Source of the DNA: Mobula birostris
Taxonomy: Eukaryota
Reading direction: 5' to 3'
DNA: 64,000 nucleotides
Assembly: GCF_030028105.1 (NCBI RefSeq)
Contig: NC_092379.1
Location: 26,529,821 to 26,593,820, forward strand
The notes beneath the pieces were generated by a model. That model saw only the letters and a list, made by a program, of their open reading frames with translations. It was not told the origin of the DNA and did not search any database. Shown here in pieces: positions 1 to 11,578 of the stretch; position 1 is the first letter of the stretch, and each line of letters begins with the position of its first letter. The translations under genes were made by a program, and so were the position numbers.

Positions 1-497
1 GTGTGTTCAGTTCTGATCACCACATTATAGGAAGGATGTGGAAACTATGGAGAGGGTGCAGAGGAGATTTAACAGGATGTTGCCTGGATTGGAAAACAAG
101 TCGTATGAGCAAGGTTAGCAGAGGTGGGACTTTTCTCTTTGGAGTTTAGAAGGATGAGAGGAGACTTGATAGAGGTCTATAAGATTATATGAGGGAGAGA
201 GATTGGATGGATAGCCAGTACCTGTTTCGGAGGGCACGAATAGCAGGCACTGGATGGTATATGTACAAAGTTAAGGGAGGGAAATTTATGGGAGACATCA
301 AGGGAATCTTGGTCCCTGGAATGACTTGCAGGTGGAGAGTAAAACATCAGGTCTATTTAACAGCCTCCTCGACAGGCTCATGGATGAAAAAAACGATAGA
401 GTGTTACGGAGTAGAGTGGGTTTCGTACCTTTTCTTTTAAAAATATATGGGTCGGCAAAATTCGAGGGCCGAAGGGCCTGTACTGTGTTTTTGTGTT
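1..497 (+). mobile_element. CR1-type LINE, 3' end (RT C-terminus plus 3' tail), decayed
   Basis: Starts with gtgttcagttctgatcaccacattataggaaggatgtgg (CVQF.SPHYRKDV). This is the same RT C-terminal region as the 48666-49358 and 62656-63411 ORFs. Ends in the ggccgaagggcctgtactgtg tail. Confidence 0.85.
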
Positions 498-519
498 CTA
501 GTTTACAAGTGTTCTCGTG

Positions 520-1378
520 AAACGCAGCAGTCAGTAATCGTATTGAGTTTGGAGCAAAGTCAAGGTTGCAGTAAAAAGAAAGCCCTTTGCTTATGACTCC
601 GAACCAGCTCTATTTTGTTTTTTGACATCTTTTCTTCCCTCTTCTTTTCGAAGTTTATTTTGAAGCCCCTGACCTGGAGTTACAATCTGACCTCTGTTCT
701 TCTGCGGGAATGGGATCAGCTATCAGGGCCTCACAACCGGCAGTTTTTTTTTTTTTAATATTCCGAGGACGTTCATGAAAGACTTGTGCACATTCAGGTG
801 GCCCGATAAGCGCGACTGACGGACTAATTCAAGGCCTGTGCCCCGGACTGCTGAGTCAGCGGGGAACGTGGAACATCGGGAGCAGCGTTTAGCTGCCGGA
901 AAAGTGCCCAGAGACGTGAGCTTCTGGGCCAATTTTCTGGGCGCAAAACTCGGAAGAAGCGACACAACAGACTTTAAAATCGTAAATCTGCGAGTTGTGA
1001 GTTATGTCTTCCCTCTTTCTTTGAAGCTGGGACACTTCTTTTTCCTTGATTAGCGAGAGAGTCTGTGGTATGTCGATTTACTGTGTGAAAATGGTACCCC
1101 TTTGGGTACCGCAAGCCAGTGCCCTATTGATGCACTGCTGCACGCTTGAGTGCTCATGGAGGGCGACGGTGTTTTATATCTGGAGGGAGAACGAGCTGGG
1201 CATTGCTTGCTGTTGCTTGTGCTTGGGTGGGGGAGGTGGGGTGCACGTTAAGAGACTTTTTTTTCTGTCATTCATTATTTGGGGCACTTGTTTTTCAGTT
1301 GTTGCTTGAGAAGAAAAAACATATTTTCAGGATGTATATAGTATACATTTCTCTGACTTTATATGTACCTATTGAAGC
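520..1378 (+). repeat. Probable non-autonomous interspersed repeat, family unassigned
   Basis: Non-coding, relatively CpG-rich block with a LINE-tail-like 3' end (…caggatgtatatagtatacatttctctgactttatatgtacctattgaa). Recognised by general resemblance only. Confidence 0.35.
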
Positions 1379-1799
1379 TGTTATTATAGAATATACAATT
1401 CACTTTGAGAGTGCGATGATGAAGTCACTAATATCAGTATAGCAATAAAGAGAACGTACGGATTTCTGAACGCGCGGAAGAGAGCATAGTAGACATAACT
1501 AAGAGTCCTGGAAAGCTGAAAAGTCTGGTTAGACAATTTAATTGGTTCAGACGCACAACACGTAAGCTTTGAGAAGGCAGCATTAGACTGTGGAGGCGGT
1601 ATTTCTGTTTGAGAAAGGAGGGATGCATCCAAAACAAATTATAAGCGAGTTGCACATTCTTCAGTGGTAAGGAATTTCTGAGAGGCATTCTGAAGAAAGA
1701 AGCATCTGTGTGTTTGGGGGTTCGTAATAAATTAGGCTGAGGCGATTATGGATTAACTGAGGGTATATATTGTCCAACAAAATAGGCTGGAAATAATTG

Positions 1800-2320
1800 A
1801 GAAATTTGCAGGCAGGATTGCCTTATGAGAGTTTGCAAATGACGTTCAGGCAAAAACATTTTGGAAGTCTGTTGACAGGGGCTGAATATTCGCTGCTGAA
1901 CAAAAGCTCATTGCTATTACACGAAATGATAGAAGCATCAAAGGGGTCATAACATATATAAGGCAAGCAATGGAAATAAATGGATATTTCTGTCGGGTTG
2001 CTTATGAGTACGGTTGTTTACCAGGGCCGATTTTGTGACCGCTTCATTCCTTGTTGTATGTCAATGAACTGAGAGACCTAGTTGACTCTCTCTCAACAAT
2101 CCTGGAGACGATACCAAAAATAAGTCGAGGGCTGGTTAGTGTTGATGATTCCGAGGGAGTGTGCAATTGCGAGAAAAAGCACACAGAAGTGGCAGGTGGA
2201 ATGCAGTGTACGAAGATCTATGTACATGTACATTGGTAAAGGGAATAAAGGAGCAAACTGTGTTCTCAACCGGTTAAAATTTAGAAACCAGAGATACAAA
2301 GCGACTTGGGAGCCCGGGTA
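1800..2320 (+). mobile_element. Old CR1-type RT fragment
   Basis: Degenerate RT pieces, e.g. LFLLYVNEL and …KWQVECSV…YMYIGKGNK, similar to the better-preserved CR1 copies in the window. Confidence 0.55.
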
Positions 2321-2419
2321 CACGATTCCCAACACGAAAACCTGCAAGTTAAGTCTGTAATAATTAAAGCAAATGCAACATTACTATTTATTCCGAGAGG
2401 ACAAACATATCCATCTGCC

Positions 2420-2442
2420 TATATATATATATATATATAAAT

Positions 2443-2476
<34 letters not shown>
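2420..2476. repeat. (TA)n followed by (GT)n microsatellites
   Basis: (TA)n at 2420-2439 and (GT)15 at 2447-2476, read directly. Confidence 0.95.
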
Positions 2477-2482
<6 letters not shown>

Positions 2483-3380
2483 CTTTATAGATACATAGAT
2501 ACATTAATAAATAGATCGATATATACGCAACGGTTTAATATTAAGGTTCGCATTAGCAGATTTGGAGTGCAATGAGCAATTCTGTTCAGCTTATTCAACC
2601 AAAAGTTTTTTGGGCTTTGGGACGTTTCCACGAACGTTCCCTGGAAATAGAAGATTAACGAGTGAAAAGCAGCTGATCGTTCTGGTTCTGTACTCCCTGG
2701 AGTTTAGGGCAATATGAGAGCAGAGAGGGAACATTTTGAATCTATTGTAATAATAAAAAGTCCAGATAGAATTGAACGTCAGAGGGTGTTTCCTGCACTG
2801 GGATAGTCTACGAACAGAACACAAATATTCAGACTATCAATACCTGCCAAAGGAACGGAGATAACGGGAAATATTTTGAGACAGAGGGTAGCTGAAACAC
2901 GCGAATTCAGAAACAATTGTGGAGCTCAAGATGCTATGTATATTTAACTGTTCGTTGATAAGATCTTGATTATCACGTACATCAATGATTACATGGAGAA
3001 TACACTGGAATTACGTTGAGGGGCAATGAAACCGACATGACCGAATAATTGAGCAGTCTTGCTGTTGGACTGCCATAAATCTGCTATATGTCATAGGGTC
3101 AGACTAATGTTACCTGTGTTACTCCATTGATGATCGACGATATGAAATACTATCTCACCCTCGTTCGATATGATTAGCGTTTGAATGCAAGGCAAGGGAC
3201 AGTTAAGGTTCAATGCAATCAGAGTTCTGCCCCTCAGTTAATAAACACTTTTCTAAAGAAGGTCTCAAGTGAAAAGCGAAAGCAGAAGATCAATAAATAT
3301 AAGACCTCTCCATATTTCATTTTCACGTTCCTTTTGATTAGTTCGCTATCTAGTGAAACCTCACTGCATTAGCAGTTATA

Positions 3381-3419
3381 GATTTCTGTCTAGGTTCACA
3401 ATGGTGCTGCAACACTGTG
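3381..3419 (-). other. 23-RSS of V1
   Basis: Minus strand reads CACAGTG + ttgcagcaccattgtgaacctag (23 nt) + ACAGAAATC, directly after the CAMNL codons. Confidence 0.95.
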
Positions 3420-3904
3420 AGATTCATGGCACAGAGATACACGGCAGAGTCGGAGACGACAGTCTCGTCGATCCCTAGCTCCGTAGTTTTGGTAGTTTTA
3501 TTGAATGTAGACGAGATTGGGTGGGTGAGAATACTATTTCTGGTCAGCAGTCCTGCTACAATACGAAGGAGATAAACTGGATACTGGCCGGAGCGTTGGC
3601 TATACCAATAAACGTCTGGGTTTGTCTTGGTTGTTTGCAAGGTGCATTTAAGTGATACGTTACTTTTCTCTTCGATCCGCATTTTAGTGACCAATTGGAG
3701 TACATTGTCTTCAATGCTATAGACTACAAGAGAAAACAAAATCAGATCTGTCAACAACATTGCCTTCTTCATTTTTGTCAAAGACATATCACCAAGAAAA
3801 TAGCAGTGGTATCCTTGAACATAAGAAATGTTTGAATTTACCGGAAGGAAATATTTACTGAAAAGTGACATAATTATGAGAAGCACCACCAGGTGGTTTT
3901 TCAT
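3420..3904 (-). CDS. TCR alpha/delta-type V gene segment V1: leader exon 3904-3859, intron 3858-3724, V exon 3723-3420
   Basis: Leader MKNHLVVLLIIMSLF, donor a|GTAAAT, acceptor ttttctcttgtAG, phase-1 intron. V exon has VSLKC…VYWYSQ…SDSAVYLCAM with no stops, followed by a 23-RSS. Confidence 0.93.
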
Positions 3905-4014
3905 GTTGATTCTTGAGTCCCGGTAACAAACTATCGGAGTAGAGATGCAGATCACCCTGCCCAGCAGCATGCTGAATGAACGAATCAGAGATAGCGACAC
4001 GCTATTACGGTGCA

Positions 4015-4077
4015 GCGTCAACTTGTAATAAGAGGGGTTAAATGCATTTGCAGTCTATCTGATTTTAATCGTCCAAT
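4015..4077 (-). promoter_or_regulatory. Putative V1 promoter: half-CRE TGACGC (4015-4020) and CCAAT box (4073-4077)
   Basis: Motifs lie 110-170 bp upstream of the leader ATG. CRE-like elements are known in TCR V promoters. The motifs are short, so support is weak. Confidence 0.4.
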
Positions 4078-4303
4078 AGAGCCTGCAGCGCGAAGTTTGA
4101 AAGTGTGTTCATTCTAAACTAATTATTTTGCCACCATTCACTTCAAATTGCAGTCACTTTTTTTTTGTCCAAATTCGTACTCCAAGGAGAAATTTGTACG
4201 TATGGGTTTTTACTCAAGTTTGATTAGATTCTGCGCCTGTGAGCTGGGTAAATAGGGCAGAGCTCCATGTCGCAGTCAGAGTGCACAGCTTCACCGATCG
4301 TTA

Positions 4304-4356
4304 GATCAGTATATATATATATATATACTGATCAGTATATATATATATATATATAT
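4304..4356. repeat. Compound (AT)n repeat with overlapping perfect palindromes
   Basis: gatcagt-(at)8-actgatcagt-(at)10. Confidence 0.9.
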
Positions 4357-5479
4357 CGTTCCTCATAGGTAGAAGAAAATGTGTAACTGCCACTCGAAAT
4401 CTACTATTTCCGTTCCCTTGATAATAAAAAAAAAAAATGAGGATGGCGGACGTCAGGTGTGCTGTTTGTACCTTGAACTGTCGGTAGGAAACTGTTTTTT
4501 TTTTTCTTTTTAATTACACTTTAATGTGTTATTACTTTCTTTATCGAACGTCTGTTTACCGAAAGACTGTTCGACTAAGTTTTGCAGGCCCTAGTTGAAG
4601 CGTAGGAAAATAGCAATCAAAATCATTACTTTCAGAATGGATAACCTATTTACATAAACCTTGAGTGAAAAAGATCCAAGGTAGTACGTTTGATCAAGCC
4701 GGCCATTGTATCCCTTCGGCACCTCCTTAATCATCAGGTCTAAAACTTTGACAAAGTTCCATAGAAATGAGCTGCCGACTAAATTGACTAATTACAACAT
4801 GGACTGGCGTGGCAACAACAAAGCCCTTGAACAGTAAATCCTATATAAAAAAAAAACGTTGTGGATTAGGTAGAGTCCATTGCTGATAAAGTATCCCCAC
4901 CATTCAGCACAGCTACACGGAGTGCTGTTGCAGGAAAACAACATTGATTATCAAGGCGTCACAACACTCAGGGAACGCTCTCTCCTTGCGGCTGCCATTT
5001 GGCAAAAGCTATAAAGCCATATTAGAAACACCAGCAAGATAAGGAAATTAATTACTTCTGAACTATTAGGGTCTTGAATTAAAGTTTGCAACTTCATTAG
5101 ATTCAGTCACTCCATCACAGAACTGTTCGATTTTCATTGACGTGGGATTTCGAAAGGTTTTTTGTTTGTTTTTGCTCTTAAATCTATGTTGCTTATTGAG
5201 CAACCCACGGCGTTGGTTGTAATTTATGTCATGGCGTCCTAAGCACGATTATTTGGTTATGCCCTAGCGGACTGCACGGAGAGAAATGCCCTTGACGCCA
5301 TCTTCCATTTTAATGTAAAGTTATAAATTCAATTTAATGCGGCAGCAGCAGGTCACAATCGTTTCAATAACATGCTTGTCATGGTGTCCCGAAGTTCGAT
5401 TATAGCCGACGAAATTTCCTCGAAATTTATGGCGACATTAGGGGATCATCCGATAGTTCGAGGAGAAAATTATAATCCA

Positions 5480-6780
5480 GCAATAAGCAATGTGGATATC
5501 ACAGTTCACTCTGCTGTCGTTTGAGGATAACCTTAAAGCCACGGAGCAGTTCTTATTGAAGCCTTTTTTACACACTTGTCGTTGAAAGTCTGAATCATGC
5601 GAAGTTCATCCCTCCAGTTAAGAGAGGTAGATTTCCGATACCAGGAAGTAATGCAGCAAGTCAGGATGGTCTCATTTGTGCCCTGTAGAAAGTCCATTGG
5701 ATTTGGGGCCGATAGTAAACTTAATAACGTCTATGTTGAAAGAGGTGCTGTTGTGCCTTTTTTCACCACACAGCTAGCGTGTACTTACCACGTGAGGTCC
5801 TCCGTGATGTGGATGCCGAATAATTTAAAGCTGTTTATCCTCTCCCATTCTTCGTGTAGTCCGCAAGCAGCTGCTTTTTTTTTTTTTTTTTTTTTTGCGA
5901 CATTGAGAGAGAGCTTGTTTTCTTGACACCACTGCGTGAGACATATGCCATCTTCCCTGTAAGCCACCTCGTTATTGTTTGAGGTAAGAACCAATCAATG
6001 TAGTGTCATCAGAAAATTTAATTACCAGATAGGAGCTGTGGATGATGATACAGTCATGGATATACAGAGTCTGCTTGTTGAGAGTCAGAGGTTTGGAGGT
6101 CAGGGAGCCCACTTTTACAAAGTATGGCGATCTGACTGGAAGTTCACGATCCAGCTGCACATGGCAGGGTCAAAGGCGAGGTCTCTGAGTTTCTTCCCGA
6201 GCCTGGATGGAACTCTGCAGTTGAATGTGTAACTGTAGTCCAAGAACAGCATTCTCACATGTGCATCATTCTTCTCCAGATGTGTAATGACGATATGTAG
6301 AGCAGTGGCTATCACTGTATCTGTCCATCGGTTATGTCAATTGGAGAATTGTTGAGGGCCAGCTAGGGTGGTAGGAAGGTGCAGATGTAATCCTTGACCA
6401 ATCTCTGAAAGCATTTACTTATTATTGAGATGAGTGCGACAGGACACCAGTCGTTCAGGCTTGGTCTTTTATGGTACAAAATGAATGGTGGATAATTTGA
6501 AGCAGTGGGGCACTTACACTGGGATAGGGAGAGATTAAAAATGTCGGTAAACTCGCCTGCCAGTTGTGCTGCGCACATCCTGAGTACTCGCCCAAGGATG
6601 CCTTCCGGTCCCACGGCCTTGCGATTGTCCACGATTGAATTTCCGTCCTGAAATGGCAACTACTGCATTTCAAACTCCTCGGAGTGCATACAACACAAAT
6701 TAACGTTCTGCTGAAACACGGTACATAGGGAACAGACCTAATCAACACCTTTAGATTTTGAGAAGGTAGATGAGACCATG
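5480..6780 (-). mobile_element. Rex1/Babar-type LINE RT fragment, decayed
   Basis: Minus-strand ORF pieces KAVGPEGILGRVLRMCAAQLAGEFTDIFNLSL, HLEKNDAHVRMLFLDYSYTFN and FKLFGIHITEDLTW. Confidence 0.8.
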
Positions 6781-7439
6781 ATGTTGCACATTAATATTTC
6801 GTTCGTTCTGCAGAAGCGCTGTAGAGAACATCCTGAACGGCTGCGGAGTTGTTTGAAATAAAATATGGAATGCGACGACAGGAAGGGTTACCACTGCGTA
6901 GCTAAAACTTCCCAGCGCACACCGAGACCAGCCTACCCACCAACAAGAACATAAATGCTGAAAAGTGCGAGAACAGGGGCGCTGATGTCCGGAAGCATCC
7001 CACCCATTCTGCTCACATCTAATCCTTGCACTCCCATCACGAAGAAGCTAAATGGTATCCAGGCCAGGGCCACAAGAATCAAATTCATTTACATTCCCCT
7101 GGCATTAAGGCTGATCAACACCTCTACCTAATAACTTCACAGCTACGTCTTCGTTCCTGTCAGTTATATATATAGCTTTATACAGTTCTGCGTTCCTTTG
7201 TGAATAAACAGTTACTGTATTGGATGAGCTGTTGTATGTGGTTATATTTATTGCGATTGTTGTCTTTTTTTTTTGAATTATTTTCAATCTCTTACTGCTG
7301 CATTCGGAGCACAAACCAGTTTCAAATAAACAACAATATTATTGGGGACAAGGAAGAGCAACGTAAGCTGCCTCAACGAATATCGATATTTGGCACTCAA
7401 ATCTACTGTGCTGAGACCTTAATACCGTAAGATACAGAA

Positions 7440-8950
7440 TTTGCACAATCGATTCTCCTGCGCCATTGCGTCATTGTTGACTGATTTCCTCACAGTTCCA
7501 ATCTGCTGCATTCTCAACGCAAACCATGATGCCCTAACTGATAATCAATTTTTGGACGTCTGCCTTCAATATTACCATTGACCTGTCCTCCAGAGGCGCC
7601 TGTGGCAAATATTCCTGCAGATAGACCACTCTCTTTTGGACGTTTTTTTTTTTTTTTTCTCTCCTGAACTTCATTCTCATTGGAACTCTATCTATTCAGC
7701 GTCTGTATCCGCTGATGATAGACTTTCCGGCCATAGGATACATACGCTCCACATGCAGTCTATCAAAGCCTTTCAACCTTTAAGAAGTTTCGATGATAAT
7801 GCAACTCATTTTACTGTGCTCCTGTGAGCACTGCCCCAGAACAATCAGTCAGTATCGTTCACCTGGAGATCCTTCCAACTCTTTCCAAAACTCGGAAACG
7901 CCTTCTTTGGTTGGAATCCAAAAACGGCTCACAATATTCAAGATGAAATCTGCTCAGCGCCTTATGAATACTTAGCATTGCATCCTTGCTTGTCACATGC
8001 ACGCATATGACAACTTTGAAATGAATGTCAACTTTGCAGTTGCCTTCCTCACCATCGTTTCAAAATGCAAATTGGCATTTCTTTTTTTAGAAATTGTAAC
8101 AAAGAATCAGAAGCCCCTTAACATCTCAGATTTTATTTGATTATTCTCTTCCTTTAGAAAAATGTCCATGATTTCTTTTTGATAGCGAAATTCACGACCG
8201 TACACGTCCAGACACTGCACTACAGCTTCAACTTCTTTTCAAATTCTTCTAATCTCTCTGCAACCTTCAGTAGCTTCACTGCTTCCTTAGCATGAAGTGC
8301 CCCATCCAACTACCCCCATATTGTCCGCAACTGCGGCCACAAATCATCAATTCCGTCTTCCAAATCAATGACATATAACACAGAAAGTAGCATTTGCAAC
8401 TGAGACCCCCGTGGAAAACGAATAGTCACCGGGAGTTAGACGAAAATGCTCCTTTATTTCCTGTGCTTCGCGTTCTGTCTTTCAACCAATGAACTAGCGA
8501 AGCTAGGATCTTTCCTGTAATGCTATGGTCTCTTCGCTTGTTAAGCAGTCTTATGTGGAAGTCCATGGCAAAGGCCTTCTAAAAATCGACTTCACAATAT
8601 CCACTGAATATGCTTTGACATTTTTCCAAAATACTTCAAGAGATTGTCAGGCAAGGTTTTCCATTTCCGAAATCATGCTGACTTCGAACTATTTTATCGT
8701 GTGAATATAGGATCCCGAAAGAATGAACAATCTTAAGCAATGGACTGCAAGTTCTCCGCTAATACAGAGGACAGACAAACCGGCTTATTTTTCCCCCTTT
8801 ATGCTCTCTCGAGTCTTGAAGGGTTCGATGACATTCTCAATGTTGTCAGTACTCGGGTAAATACCAGAACCTATTTCTTCGTGAATGATAAATACTAATT
8901 ACCCACGATCTCCAGATACACTTCTTTCATAACACTGCCTTACAGACCAT
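7440..8950 (-). mobile_element. Old CR1-type LINE 3' portion
   Basis: Reverse-complement similarity to CR1 RT and tail sequence in the other copies; heavily mutated, no long ORF. Confidence 0.6.
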
Positions 8951-8999
8951 CGGCTCTATATAATTTATCGAATTTCATAAAGTTCAGATTCCACAGCAC

Positions 9000-10130
9000 C
9001 TTCCCCCTTGCAATGGCAAATTTTGTACCTTCTGACCATTTGTGCATTTTTTGCCCGATATGCACGAAGGATAAAGTTGATGGACGTGATATACCTCAGG
9101 ATGCTGTGGGAAATGAGAGAAAAGATAGCTCGAGCAGTAGCTATGATTTTTGAATCCTCTTTTGCTGCAGGGGAGGTGCCGGAGGATTTGAGAATCGCAA
9201 ATGTAATTTCCTTGCTGAAAATAGGTAATTTAAAGCATCCTCGTAATTATAGGCCGGTGAGTCTTACGTCGGTGGTCTGCAAACTATTGGAAAAAAAATT
9301 CTTCAGGATAGGATTTACGAGCACTTGGAGAAGTACAGTCTACTCAAGAAGAGTCAAAATGGCTTTGTAAAGGGAAGGTCGTTCCTCACGAACCTAGTTG
9401 AGTTTTTTGAAGTGGTAACAAAATGATTTGATGAGGTTCGGGCGGTATGTGTAGTCTCTGTTTGGATAAAAAAGAATGGCTTGCAGGAAGAAAGCAGAGG
9501 GTAATATTGGAAGAAAGGTATTCTGCCTGGAGATCTGTGTCTGGTGGAGTGCAACAAGGACCTGTCCTAGGACCCCTGCTCTCCATGATTTTTTTTTTAA
9601 TAAATAACCTGGATGAAGAGGTGGAAGGATAGGTGAGGAATTTGCCGATGACACGAAGATTAGAGGATTTCTGCATGGAGCTGTAGGTTGTCTAAGGTTA
9701 CAAGAGAATATAGACAGGATGCAGCGTTGGACGGAAAAGTGGCAGATGGAGATCAAACCGGATAAGTGCATTTTAGAAGGACAAACCGGAAGGCTGAGCA
9801 CGGGGTTAATGGTCGGTTACTCAAGAGTATGGATGAACAAAGGGACCTTGGGGTTCAAATCGATGCATCCCTCAAGGTCGCTGCACAGGTTGATAAGATA
9901 GTTAAGAATGCCTATGGGATTCTAGTGTCATTAATAGGGGGATTGATTTCAAGAGTAGAGTCGTCATGTTCCGATTCTCCAAAGCTCTGGAATCAATGGA
10001 TGCAACATTAAAATATAAATAATAGATAACCTAAAGAGAGCTAGGATCATAGATGATTCCAGACGCATCCACAAGGTACTGACAAAAAAATAGGAGCAGG
10101 TAGAATTCGGGGTATAAATTGGTACCAACA
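9000..10130 (+). mobile_element. CR1-type RT fragment
   Basis: GEVPEDLRIANVISLLK…NYRPVSLTSVVCKLLEK, GVQQGPVLGPLL and EQRDLGVQI, broken by frameshifts. Confidence 0.85.
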
Positions 10131-11030
10131 ACATCGGGGGAAAAAAAAAACAGGAGGAGGGCCTGACCAAAGAATATTCAGAGGTAGGAACGAAGCTGAG
10201 TAGTTCGACCTCAAAGTAGTGTTCTTGGGATAGCTGTTTGTGTCACGCGACAGTGAGGGAGGGAATATAATGAGTCTGCAGATTAACGGGTGGCTGAAAA
10301 TTCAAACAGCAGGCAAAGGTTCTGCTTTCTGGATAATTGGGACCTCTTCTAAGCAGATAAGTCGCATACAAAAGGGTCAGGTTGCACTTGAATCCGAGGG
10401 AAGTATTACACTTGCGGGCAAATTTACCAGTCCTTTTGGGAGTTTTTTTTTTTTTTTAACTAATATGTTGCGGAATGGGAAGCAGGTTGTTAGAGCTGAG
10501 GATGAGCCAAGGGCTTACAAGTAGATAACGGATGTAACATGAAAGTAAGGAAAGGCAAACCACAGAAAAGTTATAAATTCAGAGAGAGCAAACATTCAGA
10601 AGGGAGAAAACATAGGACTGGAGGTTTTGTTTTTCAATCAGCGTAGACTGAATATGGTGGACGACATCGCAGCGTAATTGGAGATTGGAGGGGTATGACA
10701 ATGTGGGCTCACTGAGTCGTGACTGAAAGAATGATATATTTCGGAGCTTAACATCAAATGATATACTCTTTCTCGAAAGATCAGAGGGGAAGACATAGCC
10801 CGTGGTGTGGCTCTGTTGGTAACAGACGGAATTATATCTTAATAAAGGGGTGAAGAGCTTCGGAGAGTACTGAATACTCGAGAGTGGACTAGAGAAATTG
10901 CAAGGGATCCGGAAAAAAATGCATTGTATTCCTTTAATGTCCATGAGAGAACAAAGATGCCACGTTGTAATAATGCGAAACAACTTTTTAGAATGGAAGA
11001 ATGAAGGCAACTGAACTGAAAGAGTATCAC
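10130..11030 (+). mobile_element. Old CR1-type ORF1 esterase / endonuclease fragment
   Basis: Resembles the ORF1 end and APE start of the 20890-24910 copy (INGWLK…GSAFW; gggtatgacaatgtggg…ctgagtcgtg). Confidence 0.55.
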
Positions 11031-11424
11031 ATGGCTGTCCTTACTGAAAATGCATCTGAAGTTGCGTTTTATTTCTCCGTGTCAAGCTCGATTCGAAAAA
11101 AGTTGCGACACTATCAAAACTTGAATTTGCAATTTCACAAAACACTTTCCCTTAAGAATCCTTTCAAGCTACTTACCTGACTACCGAGCAAAATAATTCT
11201 GAACCTATTCGAGACAATCTAGTCAAGTATCTGCACTGGTCGTGCTCAGTGTGGACTGGCACAGGGAAATAAAAACTGGAAAGAAAATCTCTTAACAAAT
11301 AATGTGGTAGCTTATTGAATAGCTGATTTTTCAGGAACACATTTCAGACATGTCATTCAGAAATTTGCAGCCTCGCAATCCCCGTGCTGTATACAGCTGG
11401 ATGTAACTACAGCCATTTCTCAGA

Positions 11425-11525
11425 CCACAAAGAAAAGAAAACGTGCAGATGCAGATACTGGAAATCCGAGCAACACATACAAAATGGTAGAGGACTGAGC
11501 AGGCCAGGCAACATTTTTGAAAAAA
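11425..11525 (-). mobile_element. Short Penelope-like terminal fragment
   Basis: tgcagatactggaaatccgagcaacacatacaaaatggtagaggactgagcaggccaggcaacat matches the termini of the 15091-15578 and 28831-29573 copies. Confidence 0.6.
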
Positions 11526-11578
11526 AAATGCACTGTTACATACTCCGCGGGTGCCCTTTGACTGTATTATGAGCATGT

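Noticed and set aside
3350-4021. 223-aa ORF as a single protein
   Set aside because: It is a read-through of the 5' flank, leader, intron, V exon and RSS. The splice sites and RSS explain the real structure.
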